Origin: Adineta vaga
Lineage: Eukaryota; Animalia; Rotifera
Assembly (NCBI GenBank): GCA_021613535.1
Contig: CP075497.1
Location: forward strand, 10,726,001 to 10,790,000
Direction of reading: 5' to 3'
Length of the DNA: 64,000 bases
The translations under genes and the position numbers were made by a program. Shown piece after piece: positions 1 to 12,200 of the stretch. A model generated the notes under the pieces. The model was not told the DNA's origin and searched no databases. It saw only the letters and a list, made by a program, of their open reading frames with translations. Each line of letters opens with the position of its first letter. The first letter of the stretch is position 1.

Positions 1-103
1 GACATAATTATATGAGTATACATATGTAAATACAGAGTCCTTATTTTTCTCTTGAAAAATGAATTCGATACTTTGAATTATTCTAGATTTATAAACTTTT
101 ACA

Positions 104-2569
104 ATGGCATGTTGGTTACCTCAACCAACATCAAACAAAGATTTTTGCGATGCAATTGATGCAATCATGAAACCTGAACATGAAGATGTGATTTTACTTG
201 ATGATCCTCTTTCATCTGCAACACCATTAGATCTTGATCTCGAATCAATCACTGATTTACTTGATAATCCAACGCATAATGTACCAGGTTTATCACCGAT
301 GTCACCATCAACATCCATAACAAATGATTATACACAACCATTAAATATCTATGACATGACGCAAACATCATTTTCTGTTAATAATAATACGAATACAAAT
401 TCACAAACGAATACGACAGCACCATCTGCATATTCATCATTAGGAATTAGTCCAAAATTTACGACACTGAGTATTAATCAACAACATAATCCATTCTCAC
501 CGCCATCACAAGATATAACTAATTCTTCGGCACTTCTTCAACCGTTTGTTCAACCATCATTAACGATAAATTCAAAAACTAATTTACATCCACCACCATT
601 TGTTCAACATCAACCACTAGATAATTCAACTTTAGGTACATCATATCCATTTGAATTACAAGTTAATAGTGGTGCATCAGATGTTAAACGTTTTCGTTCA
701 GCTAGTATGAACGACGGAGCAACACAACAACAACAAAAAATTGGTATAAATATTTTATTTTTCTTCCAAAAAAGAAAGAAAGTTAATCATTCGTTTTTAT
801 ACTTTTAGAACCACAGGGTTTCGATCAAGGTCGTCTACGTTCATATACATATGTAACTCCACCATATTATCAAAATCGAACATCATCATTAGCAAGTACA
901 ACTGCAACAACAAACTCATCAGCATCATCACTTGCAACGGATGTTTCATCAAATTCAGCATGGCCTTATGGTGATGGTCCTCGTCCAGCATCAAGTTCCT
1001 TTTCCGAAGTTATTACTCAACAACAGCAACTTCGTTTAAATAATAATTTATCAGCTTCATTTGGCGGTTCGCCCTCATTCTATTCACTTCAACAACAGCA
1101 ACAACAGCATCAGCAGCAGCAACAACGAAATTCAGGTGGATTTTTACCAGAGATTAATTTCCAAACACCACAAACAACTAATTGCACATTATTTTCATTA
1201 AATCAACAAGCAAATGGTGCTACTTCACCATCACCATCAGCTGCAAAACGTCCATCATTGGTTGGTTTTTCTGTTGACGAAATCAAAGGTAAAATAATGA
1301 CTTATTTGGAAATTCTTACATATTCTTTCTTTTCAGATGACCCAGGTAGTCCAAGTTGTACTTTGGAACAACAAAGTGAACCTGATCTTTGGTCGGATAT
1401 TGAACAGAATTCTTCGGATCGTTTTCAAGATAATGACGGTGATGAAATCTCATCCGATGATGATACAACAACAATATCAACAAGTTTAAATAATGATTTG
1501 GATTTACAAACACAATCCAATCAATTACATCCGAATTCTTCGTCACTCTTTTGGCAATATAATGTTCAAGCAAAAGGGCCAAAAACCAAACGAATACTTT
1601 ATTTAAAAGAACGCGATCCACATTTATTTCGAGAATTCAGTGATCCAGTTTATCAAATCAAATTAACACAAACCAATGGTCAACAATTTACTAAACTTCG
1701 AAAAGGTGATGGTAATGATGTAACACCAAATCCAATGAAACTTTATCAACTTGGAAAACAAATACGAGATTTATCTATGACTGGTAAAGGTCAATCAACG
1801 GCACCATCTGTTTATCATGGAATCTATCATGTTGAACAACAATCCAATTCTAATGATACAGTTGAAGTTAAAAAAGAAAAGAATAAAATCGCTAGTCGGT
1901 ACGTATAGAAAGAATGTGATATTTTGGTTTTTCGGTTTTAATGATAATGCTTTTTCTCTACAATATTAGAGCTTGTCGACTTCGTAAGAAAGCTCAACAT
2001 GAAGCGAATAAACTAAAATTACATGGTCTTAATGACGAGCATAGTAAGTCTTTTTTAACTGACCTTGGTAGTATTAGATATCTTCTTTTTTTTTCTGTCT
2101 TATAAAGATGTTATTCTATATCTTTCTTTTGATTTGAGAAGATAATTAAAAGAATATGAAAAGATCCATCGGATATTATTCCATTTTGAGAATGGAAAAA
2201 AGAGACTAAGACGAAGGAAGATATTCTTATCTTATTTAAACATAACAAACTTTCTCTTTAGAAACTTTAATTGAGCTTATTGCCTCAATTAAAATACTTG
2301 TTCTCAAACGATATCATGACGGTCAATTGAATACTCCATGCACATCATCAAATCAATCCCTTGAAGCTGCACTTGATCAACTGATTGCTACCAAATATAG
2401 TATAATCATTTTCAGATTGACCTGTAGTTTATTTATCTAAATGCTTTCGTTTTCTCTTCTAGATCAACCAGTCGCAGGAAATGCTGATGGTTTTGTTCAA
2501 GCAATACTTAATGATATGGAGCTTATGTATACTTCAAAACAACAACGAAGTTATAGTCTTAATACTTAA
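104..2569 (+). CDS. CREBRF: CREB3 regulatory factor / REPTOR-like bZIP transcription factor (6 exons)
   Basis: Spliced exons ~104-743, 809-1288, 1337-1898, 1970-2043, 2262-2399, 2463-2569. They encode [13 protein letters not shown]...[17 protein letters not shown] and the b[33 protein letters not shown], typical of CREBRF/REPTOR. Confidence 0.85.
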
Positions 2570-4110
2570 ATTAAACTTGCTATATAAATATATACATATA
2601 TCTTTATTTTTGTTTTATTTTCCTCAAAAAAACACAAAACAGTATCCCGTGTGAGCGATTTTTGAATGTTCTCCGGTGACATGATTTCAATGTGAAACAA
2701 AGAAAACGTTTCGTATGTGTGTGCGTGTCTGTTTTTTTTAGTCCGGTGTGTTCGTCGCGTGTGATGAGAGATTTACCGGTTGATTTTTGTCTTTGGATGA
2801 CTACTTTAACTGTGTTTTGTTCAGTTTTTTTTTTCGTGTACAAAGTATTTCTTTTTTTTTGGTGTTTTTTATGTCTAACAATCATCGTTTATTCAGTGTT
2901 TTGTCATACGTCCTGTAAATTTGTTTTCCTCGATTTTGTACAGAAAAACAAACGTTCGTGAGTGGTGTGCCATTGAATTTATTTAGTTTTCTTTTTTTTC
3001 TTCTTATTAGTCAATCGCTGTTTTTTCGATCAGAGAAAAGCAAAGGTGAAAGTTTATGTTTAGTATCAGTATTGATAATGAAATGCAATTTGAAATTTCT
3101 TAGAACGAAACAATAAGAAAAAATGAGATATCATAGTCTTTCATTAGTTAGCGTCGAGCAAACAATGAATTAATGCCTACGTACTATTCTTAAATAAAAG
3201 AATAGCTACATATAATTATCTTTATAATGTAACTGGAGTTTATTTTTGTCGAACTAACGATTATTCTTCTTAGTCAGATATATCAAAGCAAAAAAAAAAT
3301 ACGCAGGTATAGATGAATATTTTACTTATTATATCGTAACTGAAATTTGGAAAAACTTCAAAAGTCAAGTAATGTACTGTCAGAAAGGTTAAAAGAATCT
3401 AAGTTGCTTTTGAATAAAATAAATAGAAACAGTCGAAAGAAATTCAATCTGACTTTATCAAGATTATGTTTATCGAATAGCGTAGAATATATGAGGTTAA
3501 TATGATCCTTGTTAGCTTCAATCGGACAGCAATAGGAAGTGGGAAAACAAAGCTTGTTTTACGATTTGTTAGAATTTGACTGATCACTAGTTTGAAGAAA
3601 TTTTTATTTTATTCGAATCACTAGAAAATTAAGCAAATGTTACGTAGATTAGTAGTTAAATATGTCAATCGCATCATTAATCAAATGACATGATGAGATT
3701 CTTCCTAAAAATTTAAATCTTCGCAAACAATCGAAGTATTGTTTTATGAAATCTTATAAAAAGCGTACTTTGCAATTTGCTAAAAATTTGAAGCAAAATC
3801 ATGCTTGCTTTCTATTTTATTTGTTATCTTTTAAATACATCGCACTCCGAAGCGACCATGCATAAAAGAACATTACCTTGTAATCGAACAACTCAGAGTC
3901 AAGCAATAACAATTCGAAGAAAAAGAAAACACTTTTTTTCTAATGTGTTTCGTCATATCGATAATAATGTATTTTAATTCATAATCATATGATTTACATT
4001 TCCAAAAAAGAGCTTTATTTGTACAAAAAAAACTTTTTTCCATTGTGCCTTTTTTTTCCGATACGAAAATCGAATATTATTTCTTGATAGAAATAAATCT
4101 TGAAACTCGT

Positions 4111-5100
4111 TTAATGAAAAGAAAAAGGAACTGGCTTTTCGTCTCTATCAAGTTTCACAGTATCAAATTGCTCGTAAGACGGTGGTGGTGGTGGCGGTGG
4201 TGTCTGTGCTTGTGGTATGCTTTTATCTGTATGTGATTCTAGCAGTCTATAACTAGCATCATGTTCCATTCGTCGAGCAAGTACAGCCGGCGTATAACCA
4301 TCATCATTAATAGCATTAACATCAGCACCATGTTGAAGTAAAAGTTCAAGAACAGGAATTTGTTCGCCATAACCATGTGCAGCTAAATGTAATGGTGTAT
4401 TACCTGAATGATCTTTTGTATTGATTTCAGCACGGGCATCAATTAATATATTACATATATTACGATAACCAAGAGCAGAAGCTAACATTAATGCACTTGT
4501 ACCTGTTTCTGGATTAAGTGAATTAATATCCGTATTATGTTGGATGAATTTTTTCAGAAGTTCTTCATTTTGAAATCGAACTAAAATTATTAAAAAGAAA
4601 ATTCTTTTTTTCTTTTCCTTGAATAATTTGAATCAATTTTTACCACAACAGAGCAATGGTGTTTCATGATATGAAGGTGTTTGTGTTGCATCAAGACGTT
4701 TAGCTGAATCAGCCTGATACTGTACTTCAGCTAATGGATTAGATCCAGCATCAAGTAAAAGATCAGCCAATATAGCTAATTTAGGATTTTCTTCAGAACG
4801 TGATTTTGCCAAAGTAACAAGTGGATGATTACCATCAAAAGAATTCGCTACATTGGGATCACTACCAAGTTCAAGTAAAGTTTTAACAACATCGATTTCA
4901 CCCAATAATAATCCTAAGCCTAATGCTGTATTTCCATCAGCATCAATTGCTTGTTGTAATAATCTTGGTCTTTCTGAAGATAATTGCCGAATAGCTGCTA
5001 TATTTCCAGCAAAAATTGCATCACGAAATACTTTTACTTTATAAGGAATTATATAGGAAAATAATAATTTTGTTGAATGAAAAGCTACTCGCCACGACAT
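4111..5100 (-). CDS. Ankyrin-repeat protein (2 exons) with C-terminal polyproline/PPSY
   Basis: Repeated ankyrin motifs (DGNTALGLG, GNHPLVTLA, HETPLLCC, SGNTPLHLAA, DGYTPAVLA). One short intron at about 4581-4642. Confidence 0.85.
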
Positions 5101-5563
5101 CTTTTACTCTAGTCTAATTAATACAATAGTCGTTAATGCAAACGAATAATTTGTCTGACGACTCTTCTTCTTCTGTTGCAGTTCACTGCGCACACATCAA
5201 TATATCGATTTATTCAGTCATATTTATTTTAAAGTCATGTCTCGACACGCGTGATCTATTTTGTTTTAATGATGTTTTTTTTTACTTGTTTTTTTTGTGC
5301 TATTTATTCTCGCTCTTTTGATAATCATATACAACAAATAAACATAACGGAAGAATATACAAACGCAATAGATATTTATAAAATGAGAAACAAGAATGGA
5401 GTGTAATGCTTTGTTTTGTTTTCTTCTCGTACAAGATTTACAACTATCATCAAGACAGAAAAAAAGGGATAAAGTAAACGAGCGTCATTTACAGCAAACG
5501 TATGGTGTTAGATAATATAGTTGGATACATATATGCTTGTGTGTAGTGATAAAGTAGATGATT

Positions 5564-7032
5564 TTATTGATTCCATAATCCCGATTCTCGAACTGCTTGT
5601 TGTAGAAGATATTGTGCTTGTTGAATTTGATTCGGATTGCCTGTAATTGTAATCAATCGATCATTTGTACCTGATAAAGGTTCAGAATCGATTTTAATGG
5701 AAGCACCCGATTCTTGTCGAATCTGAGATATTTTTGAACCTTTTGTTCCAATGATGACGCCTTTGAAAAGATAAAAACATTAATTCACTTCTAGCTTAAG
5801 AAAATTGAAATTATTTACCAGCCATTTCAGTTGGAATAGTCACTTGTGTGGTTGTGACTGGTCCACTTTGTTGATGCTGCATAAAATTATGTCCGCCACC
5901 ACCACCACCACCACCACCACTACCACCACCACGATTTCGATGATTATTACCGTAATTATTATCTGGATATGAATTACCATACTGTGAATAACCTTGGGCT
6001 GGTGCTGGTGGCGGTGAACCATAACTAAATCATGAGAAGTAGAATTTGATAAGAGAAAATAAATCTATCTTGACATACGGATTCTGAACATATCCTGAAG
6101 CATTGTTAGTATGATTTCGAAAATTTTGTTGATTATTTCGCATAAAATTATCTGAATAACCTCCATAATCTGCTACATTATAACCATCGTATGTAGATGG
6201 ATCATAATAGCGATACGATCCACGCGGTGAAACACCTTCAAGTATACTATAAACTTCAGTTAAACATCTTGAAACATCATCTCTATTGCCACGCATTGAA
6301 ATACCTATATAAAAAAAAGAGATATTGAATTTGAAATTGAGTTAAAAATATGAATTTTATTTACATCGTTCTGTTGAACCACCTGGACAACATTGAGGAT
6401 AAACTTTTACATCGATATTATCTAAAAGCAATTTCATATGAGACTTGATTCATTTCTAACACATTCGGAAAGCATATGCTACCTGGCCTTTGAACTCACA
6501 TTTCTCTCTAAATTCTTTGATTTTCGATGCTCCTTTGCCTAAAAATAAAGCACAAAAAAAACTAAATTGAATACAAGACTTCATTGTTAATGTGCTTACC
6601 GATCAATGCTCCTGCTTGTGACTGGTGAATGAGAGCACGTATTTCGCTTTGATCAGATTTATTTGAACGTTGATGATTTTCCGATATATATGAAAGCACA
6701 TCTGATATACAATTCAATACATCTGTTTGATCACCATGAATCATTAAAACACGTTCGGGTACATCACAATCAGCCATTTGAATTTGACATCGATGTTTAA
6801 GACGAAGATCCTGAATGATTTTTCCACCTTTACCAATAATCGCTGTAAAAGATAAAATTGATGTCGAGATATGTTCAAAAAAAAATCATTTTTGCAAACC
6901 TCCAGCATCACGAGATGGGATTAAAAACCGAAAATCAAGTTTTCCATTATTCATCGAACGAGTTCGTCTTCCTTCTCGTTGTTGATCATCTTCATTTGTT
7001 CGTCTTGAATTGTATTCAGTATTATCTGTCAT
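5564..7032 (-). CDS. HNRNPK: Heterogeneous nuclear ribonucleoprotein K-like (3 KH domains)
   Basis: KH1 [21 protein letters not shown]; KH2 [23 protein letters not shown]...CCPGSTER; Gly/RG-rich linker; KH3 [36 protein letters not shown]...[12 protein letters not shown]. Confidence 0.88.
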
Positions 7033-7463
7033 ATTGAGTCAATCAAATACATATGCAAACACACTTTTCTCTAATTCTAATCACTTGAACAATCTAAACT
7101 AGATTTATCTGTATTAAAAAAAGAATTCAATCGGTCATGACTGTGATGAATAGGATGAATGAATGCAATGCAATTCAACTGAAAATTCTTTTGATAAAGG
7201 TTATTGACAAATACATATGTCGAATAATTCTTTTTGACTGATAGATGTCGCTTAATGATAGAACACATCGAGTTCAAAATACGATTCTTTCTATTCTGTA
7301 TGTGCATAGCTTTTATTTCTGGGTATCGGTGTAAGATCAGTTGATTATTCATATACACAACCACAAAATACTAAACAATTTGCCTTTTGTTGTTACAAAG
7401 TTTAATGTCTTTTCTTTTTCATTTAAAACAGAAGAAAAACATAGAAATCTGTATTGGGTAAAT

Positions 7464-8848
7464 CTAACGCTTTACTACAGTATATTGAATTTGTATTAAT
7501 TCAGAAGAATTTCGAAAGACATTTATTTGCTTTTGCCAATAACCTTTATACAAACGTTTGTAATCATAATTTTGTCTTGTCATGTTTTCATAAATATCTT
7601 TCAAAAACTCCGCTGTAATTTCCTCATAATTATCTACAACCACTACAGGTAATTTTTGGAAAATAGTATTGATAGATTGACGAACAATGATCGGTATGGA
7701 ACCGAGATACAGAGCTTCCCACGTTCTATAACAATCCATTCCATTTCCGGGTGGTGATAATACAAATTTACTTCTTGCAATATGTTGATAATATCTCCAT
7801 TGATCAATTGAATCTAGTTGATAGAAACATTTGGAAATATTCTGTAATCGACCATGACATGATAAATCCCAAAGTCTTTGTCGATCATTTCCATTTTGTT
7901 TATTAAATGAAGTGAATATCCAATAATCATTCGTTTTTAAATGTTTATTACGTATGGAATCATCTTTTCCACTAGCTAAATGCAATAGTAACGTTGATTT
8001 AACCATTGACTAATACCTTGAGGAATACATGTTAATATTTTCGATTGTTTCCATTGTTCATTTGTTCCGAAATGACAATTCATTGAGAACCAATGTAAAA
8101 TATGTGTTTTTCCAGCAAAGATTTGTTCAAGAAGATGAGAATGTGTATGTTTAAGATAGAATGGACATGGAAGATCAGAATCACCAGTCATTAGAATATA
8201 ATCAACAGAAATTTTTTCATGGAAATTCCGAAGAAAATGTCGAAGTTCACTTGTATCAACGAAAATAATTGTATGATTTTGTAAACATGGTAAAAGATCA
8301 GATGTTAATTTCGATAGTTGAATGCCATCTGGTACTCGTAATGTTCCATAATGTAAATCTGCTAATAATTTCAAATCAATTTGACTTAATCGATCGAGAA
8401 CTGTGGGAAAATAGTCTTTTTCTCCATAGTAAAACTTTCTCATTTTTTTCTTTGACCAACAACATGACTTTTCACATCCATGAGAAATCTCTTCACTATT
8501 TTTAATCTTTAATAATTCTTGTTCTTGTTTTTGACGAAGATTAAGAATTTCTTTTTTGATATCACTTAATAAATTATCATCTATCTTGCTGCTTTGTTCA
8601 TAGGATAGAAGAGAGACATTTCTTTTGTCTAAAAATTGTTTAATTCTTCGAAAATACGTATCCAAAACAATTCCATTATTACTATGGAGAGTTTCTTCAA
8701 CTGTTTTCAAATGGCCGAATGTAATTACAACTGGTTTGTAAATATTAATCCACCAATAATGCACAATGGGAATCAGAATTAGTAGAAAATATACTAAAAA
8801 TCGTATAAAACGTTGTTTTTGTTGATGAGATGAATGCAGGATTAACAT
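7464..8848 (-). pseudogene. Exostosin/GT47-like glycosyltransferase, intronless, split by a 1-nt frameshift near 7984 (pseudogene or assembly error)
   Basis: Two overlapping ORFs (7976-8848 and 7464-8006). N-terminal signal anchor RFIRFLVYFLLILIPIVHYWWI and C-terminal exostosin-type motif SKFVLSPPGNGMDCYRTWEALYLGSIPII. No intron is evident at the junction. Confidence 0.72.
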
Positions 8849-9267
8849 CTATACTAAATGAATTTCTTGTTTTCATAGAAATTCAAATTTCACAGCGAAA
8901 AAGTTCTAAATATTTACAAACATACATGTATACTCAAGTGATATCATTCATTTCGTACATATGTCACGGACCAATGGGAATATTCTCTTAACATTACCTC
9001 CATACATAAAATTGCTTTTTTTTCCGCTTCGTGAACACCGTATCTTTACAACTTGTCATGAGATTTGTACATATGCGCGTGTTAGATTAACTGAATATTC
9101 ACACCCACCTCATGAGGAATGTAAAAAAATGATATAAAATCAGTTATTACATATATTTATTCTTAAATCAGATTCACTATATTCTTCTAAATGTAGAAAT
9201 AACACATCTATGAAAAAAGAAATTCTTAACAAACTACCAATTATTTCATGTATAAACACAACATAAA

Positions 9268-12200
9268 CTAATCTTCAGTCAATAATTGAATAATATTTGT
9301 TACAGCATGATAACAAAGAAGATTTTCTTTATTTCGTTGTTGAGTTTTAACATCATAAAGAGCAGGTAACACATTACTACTTCGAACGGCTACTTTGCTC
9401 TAAAATTTCAATAGAAAAAAAATCATTAATTCCATTTCATAATGGCATTAAAAGTGATTACCTTTTGAGCATCAACTACTAATGCCCACAATGCAGTTAA
9501 TCCAATATAGGCAGTATCAGATGTCTTGGAGACAACATGAGACATTATTGTTGGAATATATTTTGCTAAAATTCACACTATCCGTATATCCATCAATATT
9601 AACAAGAAAACTTACGTTCTGACACAATTCTTGCTTTATGTGTCGAAGAGAATGCTAGATTTCGAAGAATTAGAAGTGCTTGTCGTTGTAACACAGTTGA
9701 AGGTGATGAATGAGCAACACGTATAATAATTGCAAACATTTCTAAAAACAAAGTCATTCAATCTTAGCACAATAAAAACGATTCTAATCGTTGACTTTTA
9801 CCGGCATTTTTCAATACACTTGTTTGTCCATCATTGAAAAACGTCATATTCATGAGAACATCCAGAAAACGTCGATCATAACGATTGATATCACGAGAAA
9901 CTCGTTCAAAATGTTCAATAAATAATTGAAAGAAATTCGATTTATACACAATACTTCGTCCTTCAATCTCAACTGAACAATTTTGTATGATATCAAATGC
10001 CATTTCAATATTTTGATTTTTATTCAATGAACTATTATTTACTACCGATAATAATGCTGTCTTTGTTATAAGACGATGAACATAAGAAAGTAAATTTGAC
10101 AATGGACGTTGCTGATCAGGTGCTTGAACAACAAATGAATTGGCTGATGGCAACACCGTGCTGCATACACTAACACAACCTATGGACAGATAAATTTGAG
10201 TAAAAGAAATAATTCGATTGTACATTAATCAAAACCTTTTCGATGTTTAGCTGTCAATGTAGTTAAAAGAAGTAGAATAACATTTAATAATTGAACATCA
10301 ACAATTGCCCAACACCATAATTGATGAAGAAATGGGATTAAACCACTTGAAGAAATAATATCCTAAATATATTCAATTGTAGATTTTAATAAAAATCTTA
10401 TGTAGATTTACTTTAGCAGCTGAACATTCAAACGCAAGATTATTAAGAATTGATAACACTTGAACACATTCATCAAGTAAAACTTCATCCTAAATGAAAT
10501 TTTTTATACATATAGATAAGCAAAATTCATTTGATTATTTACTTTGCTAACGCATTTATCTGACTGTAATGAAAAGAGAGTTAGTTTTGTTTGAATACGT
10601 TTCAAATGATCAATTTGAGATTCAATAAAACCTTCTGAACGATTCAAAAACAAAAAAACACACTTACAACTTGAATCATCAATTCATCATTATCTTACTT
10701 TCAATTGCTTCTCGTTTGGCAGTAACACTAATATTTAATAATGATTTGATCATATTCGATATTGTTAATTTCAATGTATCATTCGATTCTGTATTCAATC
10801 GATTTTCATATACAATCAATAATTGATCGAATATTTTCATTCCATTTTTATCGGATGATTGATCAAAAAAGTCTTTCCATAAATTCTTTTCTTGATCCAA
10901 TGTACATTGTGCAATCGAAAGTGATAATAACTGAAGAAGAATGGAAATTGCAATACTAATCGAACCATTAATCATTGTTTGCAATGGAAGTGTAAGAATA
11001 CCTGAAAATGAAAAGAATTCAACGTTTTATCTAAGAATTCTAATAAAATGTTTTACTAAAAAGTGCAGATGCATGTTGAATGATGGTATTATTAATTAGA
11101 TGATGTAAAGATGAGGATTGTTGAAGTAAAATATGATTAATCATATGAGCCAGATTGATTTTTGTTTGCCAGAAATTTTCCGATCGATCATGATTATCTT
11201 CTGGAAAGTATGCAAGAAGAGTTATTAATTGAATTAAATTTTCCGGATTGAATAGTTCATTCAAAATGTCCGTTTTTGATTCGAAAACTAAACGAAGATA
11301 TTGAGCAATTCTTGTATACATGTAAAACATGTTATCGAGAAATAAATGATATTCATTTGGTGTGACATTCGTGTTCATTTTCGATTCTAATGGACGAACA
11401 TCAAGAAAACTAAACGAAAGATGAAAGAAAATTGAGTTGATCTTTCATTAAAAGAAATACTGACGAGAGAAATAATTTGATTAGATCATTTGTATCTGTA
11501 GGAATTGCTAAGCTGTTTAAATTGAATAACAATGAACATAAATTTGCAACGAATAATGGTGAAACAGGTGATGTTGTAGTATGATTGACTCTTAATGCAT
11601 CTAAATCTAATGCAACAAATGGATATAAATTTGATAAGACATTAGGACCCATTCGTTGCATAAAATCACAATCATTCAATGCAGAAATCAACTCCGGAAG
11701 AGTTATCACAGAATTCTAAACATTCAAGAAATCAATTTCAGAAATCGAAAATAATTCTCTTCTTACTTCAGTTACAAGTTTTGCTTCATCATTAATCAAT
11801 GAATAAGTCAAATTAATTAATACATTACATACCTAAACAAAGATACATCCCATTAATCAGAAGTTAATTCAAACTATAGATTTACTTGTTCTTTAACTAA
11901 ACTACATTCGTCTTCATCGAGAATAATTCCAATTAAATGTCCTTCTTCAAGTCGATTCTGTGGAGCAAAGAATATGTCACGACCACATTCATCACTGATC
12001 AATACAGCTGTTATTGCATATGATGTTGCTCGAATTTCTGTATCTGTTGAAAACCAAAGATGTCTTAGCCAATCAAATGATGTTCTTGACATTTCTAACC
12101 ATTCTTGTAAAAGTGTCTAGAAAAAATGAAACGTTATTCGAATGAAAACTATCAATCGAAGATTATTCACTATTTCTTTTCGACGGTTTGATGTTGATAA

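Noticed and set aside
2604-2961. ORFs on both strands downstream of CREBRF
   Set aside because: Low-complexity T/G-rich 3'UTR-like sequence with non-ATG starts and no protein-like features.
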